Source: an uncultured candidate division Zixibacteria bacterium (GTDB lineage: Bacteria; Zixibacteria; MSB-5A5; GN15; FEB-12). Taken from it: a stretch of DNA of 64,000 nt. The notes under the pieces were generated by a model. The model worked only from the letters and a program-made list of their open reading frames with translations. It was not told where the DNA came from and searched no databases. Positions 27,399 to 38,751 of this stretch are shown here, piece by piece. Position 1 is the first letter of the stretch, and every line of letters begins with the position of its first letter. The stretch covers positions 1,120,001 through 1,184,000 of the forward strand of contig OY760907.1 of the NCBI GenBank assembly GCA_963664195.1, read 5' to 3'. A program made the position numbers and the translations under genes.

Positions 27399-28388
27399 TT
27401 AATTGCCTTCGAGACCCTTGATCCGGTCGTTGATGGCGTTCCATATTTCCGGCCAGGTTTTGTCGTAACCTTCAGCCTTGTACTCGTCGCGGGCACGCTT
27501 GAGCATTTTCAGACCGGCGGATTTGCGGCCTTCGGCAATCTCAATTTCACCGAGGTCTTCCGTCGCCTGACCGATGGCCGAGTGGTTTTCGAGCCGTTCC
27601 GCCCATGCCAGCACCGGTCGCAGCCATTTACCGGCGTTTTCAAAATCACCCAGCTTGCGGTAGGTCATGCCGATATGGTAATCGGCGAACAACTTGCCGA
27701 CCTCGCCGGAAAACCGCCAGTGGTACTCGCGGGCTTTGGTGAAGCACTCCAGCGAGGAATCGTATTGCTTGTTTTCATCGTATGTCACCGCGAGATTATT
27801 CCAGAGCGGTCCCAGCCAACTCTCTACTCCGCCGGACTCCGCTGCTTCGATACCGCGTCTACTCCACTCAATCTGCTCTTCGGGCGATTCAGCAACAATC
27901 GCAATCATGTGGGCGGCATCGACAGCCCGTGACCAGAGACCGTTGGTGTTGCAGTAGACATACATGTCGTTGAAGGTCTTGCGTGCCTTGATGAGATCGT
28001 TGTCCTGCCATTCGAACCGACCCCGGACTCCGAGATACCGCGACCAACCCATCGGATCGCTGTCCGAAGCACGCTCTTTCGCCTGAATCAACCACGTACG
28101 TCCTTCTTCCTTGTTGTTGAGAATCAGGTTGCAGCGGGCAACCTGTGCAAGGCACTCGGTTTCAACAGGTCTGTTGAAATCTATACGCGCGACTTCCAAT
28201 ACTTCCAGATATTTGTCCAACGCAGCCGCATAATCGCGGCTCTGGAAAACGGTATCAGCTACATCAAGCAGCGAATCGGCGTTTAGTTCCTCGTTGGCAG
28301 ACATAGCAGCTCCTTTTTCACGAACCTCGACAGCCCTTGTCAGACCGGGTAGAGTCAGCATTACAGCCAAAACAATCAGCAGGCGCAT
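27399..28388 (-). CDS. Secreted tetratricopeptide-repeat protein
   Basis: Signal peptide; helical repeats such as WNNLAVTY..Y..SL..F.KA. Confidence 0.82.
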   Translation of the reverse strand: MRLLIVLAVMLTLPGLTRAVEVREKGAAMSANEELNADSLLDVADTVFQSRDYAAALDKYLEVLEVARIDFNRPVETECLAQVARCNLILNNKEEGRTWLIQAKERASDSDPMGWSRYLGVRGRFEWQDNDLIKARKTFNDMYVYCNTNGLWSRAVDAAHMIAIVAESPEEQIEWSRRGIEAAESGGVESWLGPLWNNLAVTYDENKQYDSSLECFTKAREYHWRFSGEVGKLFADYHIGMTYRKLGDFENAGKWLRPVLAWAERLENHSAIGQATEDLGEIEIAEGRKSAGLKMLKRARDEYKAEGYDKTWPEIWNAINDRIKGLEGN

Positions 28389-28595
28389 GAACTTCTCCTT
28401 CCGATTAATGTAGACAATATATGTTGATTGGCGGCGTATCTCAAACGATTATAAAACGTTAACATGGGCTTTGCAGTTGACCGATTCATGGCGCAGGACT
28501 ATATTCCGGCCCTGAGCTTCAATCGTATATCGGGAGCGCAAAAACCCGTCCCGCTCAAGATTCGGGCGGAGATCTTTAGACCTGAGAGGATGCTT

Positions 28596-29561
28596 ATGCG
28601 CGCACTTATCACCGGGATAACCGGACAGGACGGTTCTTACCTGGCTGAGTTGCTCCTGGAAAAAGGATACGAAGTTTTCGGCATGGTCCGGCGGGCGTCG
28701 ACCGAATCGTTCGACCGTATTAACCATATCAAGGACAGAGTTACCCTCGTGCAGGCCGACTTGCTGGACCAGCTCTCGATTATCAGCATAATCGAAGAAC
28801 ACCGGCCCGACGAAGTCTACAATCTGGCTGCCCAGTCGTTTGTCCCCACCAGTTGGGTACAGCCCGTGCTCACCGGCGAATTCAACGCTCTCGGCGTGAC
28901 CAAAATGCTCGAAGCGATCCGTCTGGTCGACAAGAAGATCAAGTTCTACCAGGCTTCGTCGTCGGAAATGTTCGGCAAAGTTGTTGAGGTCCCGCAGAAA
29001 GAGACCACGCCGTTGTATCCGCGCTCGCCGTACGGTGTCGCCAAAGTTTATGGGCACTGGATTACGATCAATTACCGCGAGAGCTATGGCATCCACGCCA
29101 ACTCGGGTATCCTCTTCAACCATGAGTCACCACGTCGCGGGCTGGAATTCGTAACCCGCAAGATCACCGATGGCGCCGCCCGCATCAAGTTGGGACTCGC
29201 CGACAAACTGACCCTCGGCAACATGGACGCAAAACGTGACTGGGGCTACGCCGGCGATTACGTTCGGGCCATGTGGCTGATGCTTCAACAGAAAGAGCCG
29301 GAGAATTTTGTCATCTGTACCGGCGAAACTCACTCGGTCGAGGAATTCACACGGCTTTCGTTCGAACATCTGGATCTTGACTACAAGGATCACGTCACTA
29401 CCGACCCGAAACTGGTCCGGCCGGCCGAGGTCGATCTGCTCGTAGGTGACAACTCGCTTGCGAAAGAGAAACTCGGATGGGAGCCAAAAGTGACGTTCAA
29501 GGGGCTGGTGAAAATGATGGTTGACGCCGACATGGAACGACTATCTAAAGCCAAGGGGTAA
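28596..29561 (+). CDS. gmd: GDP-mannose 4,6-dehydratase
   Basis: [60 protein letters not shown]. Confidence 0.97.
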   Translation: MRALITGITGQDGSYLAELLLEKGYEVFGMVRRASTESFDRINHIKDRVTLVQADLLDQLSIISIIEEHRPDEVYNLAAQSFVPTSWVQPVLTGEFNALGVTKMLEAIRLVDKKIKFYQASSSEMFGKVVEVPQKETTPLYPRSPYGVAKVYGHWITINYRESYGIHANSGILFNHESPRRGLEFVTRKITDGAARIKLGLADKLTLGNMDAKRDWGYAGDYVRAMWLMLQQKEPENFVICTGETHSVEEFTRLSFEHLDLDYKDHVTTDPKLVRPAEVDLLVGDNSLAKEKLGWEPKVTFKGLVKMMVDADMERLSKAKG

Positions 29562-30544
29562 TGAAGAAGACCGCCTTTATCACCGGTATTGCTGGGTTTG
29601 CCGGGTCATATCTGGCTGAGGAGCTTCTTGAGGCAGGGTTCACCGTATCCGGTTCGCTGCTCAAGGATGAACCGACAACCCATATCGACCATATCATCAA
29701 TGACCTCGAACTGGTCACGATGGATATTCTCGATGCTGACCGCTGTCGTAAGACACTGAACAAACTGAAACCCGCACGTCTCTTTCATCTCGCGGCCATG
29801 GCCTCGGTGGGGAAATCATTCGAAGCCGAACGGCTGACCCTGGATGTAAATCTCGGCGGTACGTTGAACTTGCTGCAAGCGGCCAACGATTGCAAAGCGC
29901 TGAAGTCGTTTCTGTTCGTCGGGTCGGCCGATGTCTACGGCATCTTCAAACCGACAAGCAAAACGCTGAAAGAAGACCAGCCGCTAAATCCGATCTCGCC
30001 TTACGGCATCTCAAAAACCGCCGCCGAACATGCCTGTCGGTACTATCACCGCGCCCATCACCTGCCGGTTGTTGTTGTTCGCGCCTTCAATCATACGGGA
30101 CCGCGTCAGAACAACGATTTTGTTGTTCCCTCGTTTGCAAGGCAGATTGCCGCTATTGAAGCGGGGAGACAGAGGCCCGTGCTCAGACACGGAGACCTGT
30201 CGGCGCGCCGCGATCTATCCGACGTTCGGGATATAGCCCGGGGGTACCGTCTGGCCGCCGTCAAGGGCAGGCCGGGCGAGGTGTACCAGTTGTGTTCGGG
30301 AAAGTCGGTAGCCGTACAGAAAGTACTTGAAATCCTGCTTTCAATGTCGTCTCTTTCGATCCGTGAGACAATAGACAAGTCGCGCCTGCGCAAAGCGGAC
30401 ATTCCCCTTCTGAGAGGAAGCAACCGAAAGGCGACTGAACATTTCGGCTACGAAGTCCGATACAGTTTGAAAGAAACTCTTTCTGATACACTGAGTTATT
30501 GGAGGTCCCGACTCGGGAGCCCCACGACTAAAAAGACTAGATAA
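29561..30544 (+). CDS. rmd: GDP-4-keto-6-deoxymannose reductase-like (GDP-D-rhamnose) SDR
   Basis: [43 protein letters not shown]; coupled to gmd. Confidence 0.75.
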   Translation: MKKTAFITGIAGFAGSYLAEELLEAGFTVSGSLLKDEPTTHIDHIINDLELVTMDILDADRCRKTLNKLKPARLFHLAAMASVGKSFEAERLTLDVNLGGTLNLLQAANDCKALKSFLFVGSADVYGIFKPTSKTLKEDQPLNPISPYGISKTAAEHACRYYHRAHHLPVVVVRAFNHTGPRQNNDFVVPSFARQIAAIEAGRQRPVLRHGDLSARRDLSDVRDIARGYRLAAVKGRPGEVYQLCSGKSVAVQKVLEILLSMSSLSIRETIDKSRLRKADIPLLRGSNRKATEHFGYEVRYSLKETLSDTLSYWRSRLGSPTTKKTR

Positions 30545-30560
30545 CTGGAGAGTTACGGTA

Positions 30561-31898
30561 ATGATTATCAGCAAGCCAAAATCCAGGGCGGCCGCCTCCC
30601 TGATAAGCAGAATTAAAGACAGATCAGCCAAAGCCGGAGTAATCGGTCTCGGGTATGTCGGGCTGCCGCTCTCAATGGTTCTTGTCGAAGGCGGATTTTC
30701 GGTCACGGGTTTTGACGTCAGCGCCCACAAGGTGAAACTGCTCAATTCCGGCAAATCCGATATTGACGACATCGCAAACTCCACGGTACAAAACGCCGTC
30801 AAGACCGGCAAGTTCATCGCCACTGCCGACCCGAAGAAGCTCGCACAGATGGATACCATTTCTATTTGTGTACCAACTCCGCTATCCAAAACCAAAGATC
30901 CGGATGTCAGTTTCATCCTGGCCGCCATGGACTGGGTGAAAGGCAATCTTAAAAAAGGAGCGCTGGTCGTGCTGGAGTCAACCACGTATCCGGGCACAAC
31001 CGAAGATTTGATTCTGCCGCTGCTGGAGGAAAAAGGACTCAAAGTCGGAACGGACTTCTTTCTCGCCTTCTCGCCGGAACGCGTCGACCCGGGCAACCCG
31101 ACTTACACCACCCACAACACCCCGAGAGTGGTCGGTGGGTGTACTCCTGATTGCACGCTGGTAGCAAAGACGTTCTACGAACAGTCGATGCCGGATGTCT
31201 ACCCGGTCTCCTCCACAAAAGCGGCCGAAATGGTCAAGCTGCTGGAGAATACGTTCCGCTCGGTCAATATCGGCCTGGTAAACGAGGTCGCCCTCATGTG
31301 CGATCGGTTGAAGGTCAACGTCTGGGAGATCATCAACGCGGCTGCCACAAAACCGTTTGGCTTCATGCCTTTCTATCCCGGTCCCGGCCTCGGCGGTCAT
31401 TGCATTCCGATTGACCCGCACTACCTGTCCTGGAAACTGAAGTCGCTCAACTACTACGCCCGATTCATCGAGCTGGCCGGTGATGTCAACAGTCACATGC
31501 CGGAATACGTGGTTGATCGCGTCGCCGATCTGTTCAATCGTCGCCTGGTCAAGGCGATCAATAAGTCATCTGTCCTGGTACTCGGAATCGCCTACAAGAA
31601 GGATATTCAGGATCTCCGCGAGTCACCGGCTCTCGACGTCATCAAGTTGCTGGAGGACAAAGGAGCCCGTGTGACCTACAACGACCCCTTTATCCCCTCG
31701 TTCAGGTGGAATGGCGGACAGGTGAAGTCAACGAAACTTACCGGATCCGTGCTCAGAAAGGCTGACATGGTGATCATTCTGACGAATCATTCGCAGTACG
31801 ATTACCAGATGATCGTCAACGAAGCCAAGCTCGTGTTTGATACGCGGAACGCTACTTCCAACGTGAAGAAGCACCGGAACAAGATCGAGTTGCTTTAG
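30561..31898 (+). CDS. Nucleotide-sugar (UDP-HexNAc) 6-dehydrogenase, WbpA/WecC family
   Basis: GLGYVGLP, ICVPTP, LESTTYPGTT, AFSPER, GGHCIPIDP, DLRESP. Confidence 0.93.
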   Translation: MIISKPKSRAAASLISRIKDRSAKAGVIGLGYVGLPLSMVLVEGGFSVTGFDVSAHKVKLLNSGKSDIDDIANSTVQNAVKTGKFIATADPKKLAQMDTISICVPTPLSKTKDPDVSFILAAMDWVKGNLKKGALVVLESTTYPGTTEDLILPLLEEKGLKVGTDFFLAFSPERVDPGNPTYTTHNTPRVVGGCTPDCTLVAKTFYEQSMPDVYPVSSTKAAEMVKLLENTFRSVNIGLVNEVALMCDRLKVNVWEIINAAATKPFGFMPFYPGPGLGGHCIPIDPHYLSWKLKSLNYYARFIELAGDVNSHMPEYVVDRVADLFNRRLVKAINKSSVLVLGIAYKKDIQDLRESPALDVIKLLEDKGARVTYNDPFIPSFRWNGGQVKSTKLTGSVLRKADMVIILTNHSQYDYQMIVNEAKLVFDTRNATSNVKKHRNKIELL

Positions 31899-31926
31899 AG
31901 GTCTGATTCCTCTGACCAACATTGCT

Positions 31927-31957
31927 GCAAAAGCCCGCCTTTGGCGGGCTTTTTTGC
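31927..31957 (+). terminator. Rho-independent terminator
   Basis: AAAAGCCCGCC-ttt-GGCGGGCTTTTTT. Confidence 0.9.
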
Positions 31958-32010
31958 TGTCAGACTGTAATGAATCCGTCATCCTGCCGATCTTGTGATA
32001 AGAGGGTTTT

Positions 32011-34053
32011 ATGACTAGCGAGAACCAGAAAGACGACATACGGCTGGAGAATATCAGACTAATCTTGAAGGACCTGCTCAAGGTCATCAAGGTCGTCTCC
32101 ATGTATCCGGAAAACAACCCGCTGCCGCAGTCGCTCAGACGCACGTTTGCCGAAAAACTTGTGAGCGTCATTGACGAACATGGTCAGTTTGAGATATTCG
32201 TCGAAAAAGACCAGCTCCTGGTCAACGGTCAGACTGTCTTCAAAGACCGCTCCAAAGAAGACAACCTCGCCGGATTGTTTTTTAGTACCGGTATCACGCG
32301 CTGCTCTCTTGAAGAGGAATTGGACGTCAAGGACGTCTACAAGATCCTCGACGCAATAAAGACATATCAGAACAACTGCGACGGTTCAGCCGACCTGGCC
32401 GGGATTCTCTGGGAGAGCGAAATCAACGGATTTGCCTTCAAGACAGTTGAAGATATCGCTCTCGCCGACTACGACGGCGATTTCCGCGTGCAGGAGGTCT
32501 TCCAGGCGGGTGGCAATCCGGACGATTCAGAGGTCAGCCGGCAGAAGTACGACGCCCTCTTTGAGCAGATAAGTTCGGCGGAGAGCGGAGGCCTCGATGA
32601 CGACATGAGGCTGGAAGAGTCCGGCCGCCTTTCGTTTGGCGATTCGTCGCCGGTCGACAGTCTTATCACCGGCGGCATAATCGAGGGCGGAATCCTCGAC
32701 TCCCCGAGCCAGCCGACAAACCGTCAGGCGATCGGAAACAACGCCTCGGAATCCGAGGCCGCAAATATTGAGCTGCCGGACATCGACAACCTGATGGTTC
32801 GCAAAACGGTTTTTGATGGCGATAACGCCGAGGACAACCAGTCGCTGCGCATTCTCGAAGCAGTCGATGCTATGGGCATGGGGGAGGTCAAAGAGCAGTC
32901 GGCTCCGGTTCCTGATGCTACTCTCATTCTGAACTCCGAAGTGAGACTGTCGGAGGAAGAAGAACTGCGGGTGCGAGAGATTACCAGAGCGGATGCCTCA
33001 TTTGACATCTACGAATCAACCGCAGAGCTTCTCAAAGAGATGATCCACCACGAGTCTGACATGACCGGTTTCTATGAAACCGTCACGATCATCGAAAAAA
33101 TCCTCTCTGAGTTTGTCCAGGCCGGTCAGATCACTCATGCTACTGATTTGCTCCAGTACGTCAAGGCTGTCGGGGACAAGATACGACGCACCAAGCCTCT
33201 CTGGGCGGAGAGGCTTAAGGACACGCTTATCAGCCAGGGTAGTCGCGAGCAGCTTCTTGTCTTATCCAGGGCGCTTAACGAATCACCGGAGATCGGCACC
33301 CGGGAACTTCGGTCGTACCTTGAGAATTTCGGATGGGAAGCTCTCCTTGGAGTCACCGATCTGCTGAGCCATCTGGAGCACTCCCATCATCGCGAGACGG
33401 TCGGGAACTACCTGTCCGTCAAAGGGGGTGACAACATGGAAATCGTCGCGCGGGGCATCTATGACAAAAACCCGTCTGTTGTCTGTTCTTCGATTGCCGT
33501 GCTGGCCAGAATCGGTGGAAGAAAAACACTCGGACACTTCAAGCGACTCATCAAGCACGACAATCTGGACGTTCGCCTGACGCTCGTCAGGGAACTGCAA
33601 AACAGCCCGGACGACGTGGTGCTGGAACTACTACAACAACTGGTCATAGACAAAGACTCGCAGGTTCGGAAAGAAGCCGTTCGTTCGATCGTGGCCCGTC
33701 GTGGTCAACCTGCCTTTGATACGATTACCGATATCCTCAACAGTGACGGGTTTGGCTCGCTCGAACCGGGTGACCAACAGGACATTCTGAACGCCTACTC
33801 GTTTCTTGGAGGGGACGCAGCGGTCGAGTACCTCGTGAGTTTGGTTAAAAGAGCGAATCCGTTAAGAAACGACATTCTCACGTACTACCGCAATGCCGCC
33901 CTTGAGGCCTTGTCCAGGAATCGCGGCGAGAAGAGCGAGAAGGCCCTTGTCAAGCTGGCCTCAAACTGGCGACCCGCGATAAAAACAGGCGCGGTGGAAG
34001 CTATCAGAAGACGCCGGCAACTCATTTTCGGAGCATCTGATGAAATCGACTAA
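32011..34053 (+). CDS. HEAT-repeat protein
   Basis: C-terminal repeats (D.N..V...I..L, HDN.DVR..., DKD.QVR.EAV); acidic linker. Confidence 0.85.
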   Translation: MTSENQKDDIRLENIRLILKDLLKVIKVVSMYPENNPLPQSLRRTFAEKLVSVIDEHGQFEIFVEKDQLLVNGQTVFKDRSKEDNLAGLFFSTGITRCSLEEELDVKDVYKILDAIKTYQNNCDGSADLAGILWESEINGFAFKTVEDIALADYDGDFRVQEVFQAGGNPDDSEVSRQKYDALFEQISSAESGGLDDDMRLEESGRLSFGDSSPVDSLITGGIIEGGILDSPSQPTNRQAIGNNASESEAANIELPDIDNLMVRKTVFDGDNAEDNQSLRILEAVDAMGMGEVKEQSAPVPDATLILNSEVRLSEEEELRVREITRADASFDIYESTAELLKEMIHHESDMTGFYETVTIIEKILSEFVQAGQITHATDLLQYVKAVGDKIRRTKPLWAERLKDTLISQGSREQLLVLSRALNESPEIGTRELRSYLENFGWEALLGVTDLLSHLEHSHHRETVGNYLSVKGGDNMEIVARGIYDKNPSVVCSSIAVLARIGGRKTLGHFKRLIKHDNLDVRLTLVRELQNSPDDVVLELLQQLVIDKDSQVRKEAVRSIVARRGQPAFDTITDILNSDGFGSLEPGDQQDILNAYSFLGGDAAVEYLVSLVKRANPLRNDILTYYRNAALEALSRNRGEKSEKALVKLASNWRPAIKTGAVEAIRRRRQLIFGASDEID

Positions 34054-35485
34054 AGACGACGACAGAATCAGGACTCTGGCCGGCAAAGACGAAGAACAGC
34101 TCCTCAACGCTTTTTTTGTTTTCTATAAGACGGCTCGTATTCTCGATGAAAACAACGACACGTTCAAGAAGCAGCGGGACAATTTTGTCCGGTGCATGAA
34201 AAACGTGGCCAAATCCGATCCTCAGGTGACTATTAAGCTCGTCACGGGTCGCTATTTCGTCAATGAGCTGATGGTTGCTTTCGATGAAAACGGGCTTTCC
34301 GGTGCCGCCAGTGTCGTGTCAGAATGGAAGAAAATCGGACTGGGCGGAGTGAAATTCAACACCGAGGCCGCAGCCGAATCAATCGGCCTGTTCTTCAGCT
34401 ACCTTTCATCGCTCAGACCTGACGACCATAACGTCGAATCAATCTCTCAGGAACTGTCCGATAGAGACCTCTCCGTAGTGCAACTGCTCTCCTTGAAGGC
34501 CCTCGTAGTGGATACCCCGGTGGTAACCGAGGAAATGCGTCGCGAATTCCGCAACACCGCACGTAAGACTTTCTTCCGGGCCATGTCCACCGTTCAGGAA
34601 ATCGTCCAGAATACACGGAGTGACAAGGAAATCAACGTTGCTAAAACCAAACGGGTAGTCCATAGCCTCATCGACCAGATTCTCCGCGACGAGCAATCCG
34701 TCGTCGAGCTTACGTCCATCCGTGACTACGATGACTACACGTACGCGCATTCGATCAACGTCACCATCTATTCCCTCACCCTGGGCGTCCGCCTCGGACT
34801 GGATCGTGGACGGCTGTCGCAACTCGGTTTTGCGGCACTGTTTCATGATGTCGGAAAGGTGAAACTGCCTTCAGATCTGATCAACAAACCGGACGCGTAC
34901 GACGAAAACGACTGGATTCAGATGCAGCGGCACCCGATGCTCGGAGCAAAGACGATCCTGCGCAATATGAAGCTCCAGGTACACACGGCCCGTGCAGCCA
35001 GAGCGGCATTTGAGCACCATATTCACAGTGATTTAACCGGCTACCCGCTACTGCAGTACGCAAAACGTCAGCCAAATCTCTTTGCCAAAATAGTGGCGGT
35101 GGTCGATACGTTCGATGCTCTCACCTCGGGACGAGTTTACCTCAAAAAGAACCTTGGACCAGACAAGGTAATCAAAAAGATGCGGCATCAAATGACCGAC
35201 AAGTTTGATCCGTTCCTGCTGAAGATATTCAACGATATCGTCGGCATCTACCCCGCCGGTACCCTGGTCATGCTCACGAGCGATGAGTTGGCCCTGATCC
35301 TGACCAACAACAGTAAGGAACCCTCTCGCCCGTACATTAAGATTGTCGGCGACCGCAACGGCCTGTTCGAGGAACCGATCTGGATCGATCTCTCACTGCC
35401 GGAACACGCAGACCGCAAAATCATCCGCCGTGTGGAACCGGAACATTATGGTCTTAATGTCAGAGATTTCGTTCTCTCGGACTAG
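34040..35485 (+). CDS. HD-GYP domain cyclic-dinucleotide phosphodiesterase
   Basis: YTY.HS.NV, LFHDVGK, HP..G, EHH....TGYP, VD.FDALTS.R.Y, FDP. Confidence 0.92.
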   Translation: MKSTKDDDRIRTLAGKDEEQLLNAFFVFYKTARILDENNDTFKKQRDNFVRCMKNVAKSDPQVTIKLVTGRYFVNELMVAFDENGLSGAASVVSEWKKIGLGGVKFNTEAAAESIGLFFSYLSSLRPDDHNVESISQELSDRDLSVVQLLSLKALVVDTPVVTEEMRREFRNTARKTFFRAMSTVQEIVQNTRSDKEINVAKTKRVVHSLIDQILRDEQSVVELTSIRDYDDYTYAHSINVTIYSLTLGVRLGLDRGRLSQLGFAALFHDVGKVKLPSDLINKPDAYDENDWIQMQRHPMLGAKTILRNMKLQVHTARAARAAFEHHIHSDLTGYPLLQYAKRQPNLFAKIVAVVDTFDALTSGRVYLKKNLGPDKVIKKMRHQMTDKFDPFLLKIFNDIVGIYPAGTLVMLTSDELALILTNNSKEPSRPYIKIVGDRNGLFEEPIWIDLSLPEHADRKIIRRVEPEHYGLNVRDFVLSD

Positions 35486-36141
35486 AAATTAAAGGCCACC
35501 TGCGCGTTCACGCCTCCGGCCTCATCAGGCATTATCTCAAAACTGATCTTGTCGTTTCGCTTGTCCAGCGGGGAACCGGACAGGTGAGCATCGACATAAG
35601 CATCGAACATAGATAGAAAAACCGTGATGCCAACAAACCAGGCGTACTTGTTGCGGTTCTTCCGTTTATTGTCATAAAACTCGTACCAGTGGTTACGGGA
35701 CGCAATCGTGGTTGCTGCTTCGTATCGCTCTCGAGCGTCATTGGCCTGCCCCCGGTAATGGAGGCTGGCAGCAAAACACACGACCTCCAGACTGAAAATC
35801 ACCGCCGCCTTCGTGTATCGTCGGTTTCCGAACTGGCCCCACCCCGGAACAAACATCGATTTGAACAGCGCCCCGGTAGGATTCTGCGTGAGGTGTTGTT
35901 CCAGATCAACCGGATTGGTGACCCGACCGGCAAACGACTTATCCGGCGGAGGTTCAAAAAGAACCGTATCGGAGACTGCGGCTGAATCAAGCACAACCAG
36001 ATCAACGACATCAGTCGTGTCCGCGAAGACAGACGCCGCCATCAGCAACAAGATGATGATGGCGAAGACCGCACCGACGGTATGTCGGTCAGCAGAGAAC
36101 GCTGAGTTGTTTCTGATCGATGTGAATCTCAAGAATGTCAT
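35482..36141 (-). CDS. DUF5683-like membrane protein (start uncertain)
   Basis: A..KS...PGWGQ..N..Y.KA and SMFDAYVDAHL. Confidence 0.8.
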   Translation of the reverse strand: MTFLRFTSIRNNSAFSADRHTVGAVFAIIILLLMAASVFADTTDVVDLVVLDSAAVSDTVLFEPPPDKSFAGRVTNPVDLEQHLTQNPTGALFKSMFVPGWGQFGNRRYTKAAVIFSLEVVCFAASLHYRGQANDARERYEAATTIASRNHWYEFYDNKRKNRNKYAWFVGITVFLSMFDAYVDAHLSGSPLDKRNDKISFEIMPDEAGGVNAQVAFNF

Positions 36142-37033
36142 TCGGCACGCTGATAATTTCGCCGTCGAGATACAGACTCCGTCCCCTGACAGGCTGGCAG
36201 GTGATGGCCTTGCCTCGATACAGGCGTACTTCGTTCCCGTAGAGATATCTCTTCTTTAGTATTAGACGCGTATAGGACGCAAAGTATCCCGGATCATCCC
36301 CTTGATCGAAAACTATTTCCGCATGACCGTCGTCATCTATCGAAGCCGTTGTAAGCGGCAAACCGACCGAATACGGCAGAAGATTTACATTCAGGATGAT
36401 TGGGCGAATCTCAAATCGAAAACTGTCCACCTTGAGCAGGGTCTTCTTCTGCGCCACTCCCCCGGCTATTCTGGCTCCAAGCTGAGACCAGCCCAGCGCA
36501 AATCGGGGCGCCTTCTGCTCGCTGAGTTCCTCAAACAGGTGCGGAATGAATCCCAGACCGATCGAACCGAAAAACGGTATGTCAGCCGCCCGACCGACAT
36601 CAATCTGACGATACTCACCACCCATTATAGCCTTGATGGCCGACTCGACCCCGGTATCGGCGTACAGGTATCGGGCGATATTGTTCATCTTGCCCATGGG
36701 GAGACAACCAATCGGAAGATTTCCTGCCAGGGCTGCCCGGGCACATAGATTGAAAGTACCGTCACCACCACAGGCAATAAGTGACGTCACTTTGCCGCCA
36801 CGGGCATAGGGTGCCGGGTAGGCTCTACTTGAACGACGGCTCCCGGAGGCAACCTCGGCCTGTTTGAGCAGATCTACAGCCGTTTCCGGCTCGTAGATAG
36901 TATATGTTCCACCGGAGTCGCGTATCGCCGAAATCAACCGGTCCACTGCGGCTTTCCGATAACCGGACGCCGCGTGATTGACCAGGATGGCAAAATGGGA
37001 TTTGCCGGTTCGTTGTTGTCGTTTACGTATCAT
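36089..37033 (-). CDS. Diacylglycerol/lipid kinase family protein
   Basis: LVN..S, ACGGDGT, LPMG.MN..AR, LDGE. Confidence 0.85.
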   Translation of the reverse strand: MIRKRQQRTGKSHFAILVNHAASGYRKAAVDRLISAIRDSGGTYTIYEPETAVDLLKQAEVASGSRRSSRAYPAPYARGGKVTSLIACGGDGTFNLCARAALAGNLPIGCLPMGKMNNIARYLYADTGVESAIKAIMGGEYRQIDVGRAADIPFFGSIGLGFIPHLFEELSEQKAPRFALGWSQLGARIAGGVAQKKTLLKVDSFRFEIRPIILNVNLLPYSVGLPLTTASIDDDGHAEIVFDQGDDPGYFASYTRLILKKRYLYGNEVRLYRGKAITCQPVRGRSLYLDGEIISVPNDILEIHIDQKQLSVLC

Positions 37034-37260
37034 TGTGGTGAAGTATAGCCAATCGCACTGAAAAAAGGAAATTGTAAGAAGACTTTTTTTGGCCAGCCCG
37101 AGTGGGGACAGATCCGGCGACGACTTCGGGACACGTGCAGTCAGACAATCACGTTTGACGGCACATAACCCGCACTGCCCCCCTAAACCGCCGTGATTGA
37201 ACAGCCGACTAGTCTAATAGACGTTGCATTTGACAAACGGCTGAAGTACCTTCACTGCAG

Positions 37261-38106
37261 ATGGCAGAAAGCATATTGACAAAATCGACCAACAAGCTCG
37301 GGATACTGGCTGTACCGCTGGTAGTGACAGTTCTTGTCTACCTTCCCACGCTCTATGACCTGGTCTATGACTGGTACACCGACTCCAACTATTCCCACGG
37401 CTTCCTGGTCCCGCTGGTCTCGATTTACCTGATCTGGACCGCGCGCAAAGAGCTCAACAAGCTCCCGGTCAAACCGACAAGCGGCGCTCTGGCGATTCTC
37501 CTCGCCGGAATCGGTATGTTTGTGGTCGGTACGGCCGCCGCCGAGTATTTCACTGCCCGCATGTCCTTTGTACTGACACTATTCGGTCTGACGTGGTATT
37601 TGCTCGGCTATGAGACGATTAAGAAGATCTGGTTTGCGTTCTTCTTCCTCTGCTTCATGATCCCGGTACCGTACGTCGTGTATTATGCAGTCTCCTTTCC
37701 GATGCAGCTTATCGCCACCAAAATAACCGTGGGCGTGCTCAACGTGATTGGTATGGGAGTGGTTCGCCAGGGAAACATTATTCATCTGGCCGGGGGCCTG
37801 TCGCTTGAGGTAGCCGATGCCTGCTCGGGGATTCGTTCTCTTGTCTCATTGCTCGCACTGGGCGCTATCTACGCCTACTGGACCCAGAAGAAACTACTCG
37901 CTCAGGCTACACTGTTTCTCTCCACCATCCCGATTGCCGTCTTTGCCAATGTCGTCCGCGTGCTGGTCACTACGCTGGCCGCATCGCTGGGACTGACTGA
38001 GATCACTGAGGATCCGCTGCATTCTCTGATGGGTCTTTCGGTGTTTGTGGTCGCGTTTATCTGTCTCATTGTGGCGGGCGCTGTCGTGAGGAGGATATTC
38101 AGATGA
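37261..38106 (+). CDS. Exosortase (EpsH/Xrt family)
   Basis: YSHG.LVP; catalytic Cys in VADACSGIRS, Arg in ANVVRV, His in LHS.MG; about 8 TM. Confidence 0.93.
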   Translation: MAESILTKSTNKLGILAVPLVVTVLVYLPTLYDLVYDWYTDSNYSHGFLVPLVSIYLIWTARKELNKLPVKPTSGALAILLAGIGMFVVGTAAAEYFTARMSFVLTLFGLTWYLLGYETIKKIWFAFFFLCFMIPVPYVVYYAVSFPMQLIATKITVGVLNVIGMGVVRQGNIIHLAGGLSLEVADACSGIRSLVSLLALGAIYAYWTQKKLLAQATLFLSTIPIAVFANVVRVLVTTLAASLGLTEITEDPLHSLMGLSVFVVAFICLIVAGAVVRRIFR

Positions 38107-38747
38107 AACGCAATCTGATCATCGCCACAGTGCTGATTCTCCTCGGCGGCATCATCGCCAACTATTTGAGATTTGCCGTGCCGATGCCTGACTCACAGCC
38201 CTCGTACAGCCTGATCCCAATGGAGAAAAGAGGCTACTTTGCAACCGAACACCGGTTCGACGAGTCCAGCTACGACATTCTCCAGGCAGATACCACCACC
38301 CTGCGTTTGTACCGCAATCCGGATGATCATCCCATCTGGCTGTTCATCGGCTACTTTGAATCGCAGAAATACGGATCGCAGATTCACTCGCCTCGTCATT
38401 GTCTGCCCGGCAGCGGCTGGAAAATCAGGAAACACGAGCCGTATGTACTGAAACTCGCCGACGGTTCTTCCAGGGAGATCAACCGGCTGATTATCACCGA
38501 GCGGGACCGCAAAGAGATCATGCTCTACTGGTTCGAGACCCGTGGCGGATCAATCCGGAGTGAGTTTGGGCTGAAATGGGATCTGATGATGAACTCGCTG
38601 GCGCTGAGACCGTCCGATGCCGCCTTTGTTCGCGTGAACATGCCCCTTCTGCCGAACGACGATGTTGAAGAGGCCACCGAAGTGGCAGTTGCGTTTCTCC
38701 AGGAGTTCCTGCCTGATATTGAGCGGGCACTCCCTTTTGGCAACTAA
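38103..38747 (+). CDS. epsI: EpsI family exosortase-associated protein
   Basis: LFIGY..SQ....IHSPR.CLPGSGW, YWF, D.AFVRV; overlaps the exosortase stop. Confidence 0.9.
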   Translation: MKRNLIIATVLILLGGIIANYLRFAVPMPDSQPSYSLIPMEKRGYFATEHRFDESSYDILQADTTTLRLYRNPDDHPIWLFIGYFESQKYGSQIHSPRHCLPGSGWKIRKHEPYVLKLADGSSREINRLIITERDRKEIMLYWFETRGGSIRSEFGLKWDLMMNSLALRPSDAAFVRVNMPLLPNDDVEEATEVAVAFLQEFLPDIERALPFGN

Positions 38748-38751
38748 GGAC

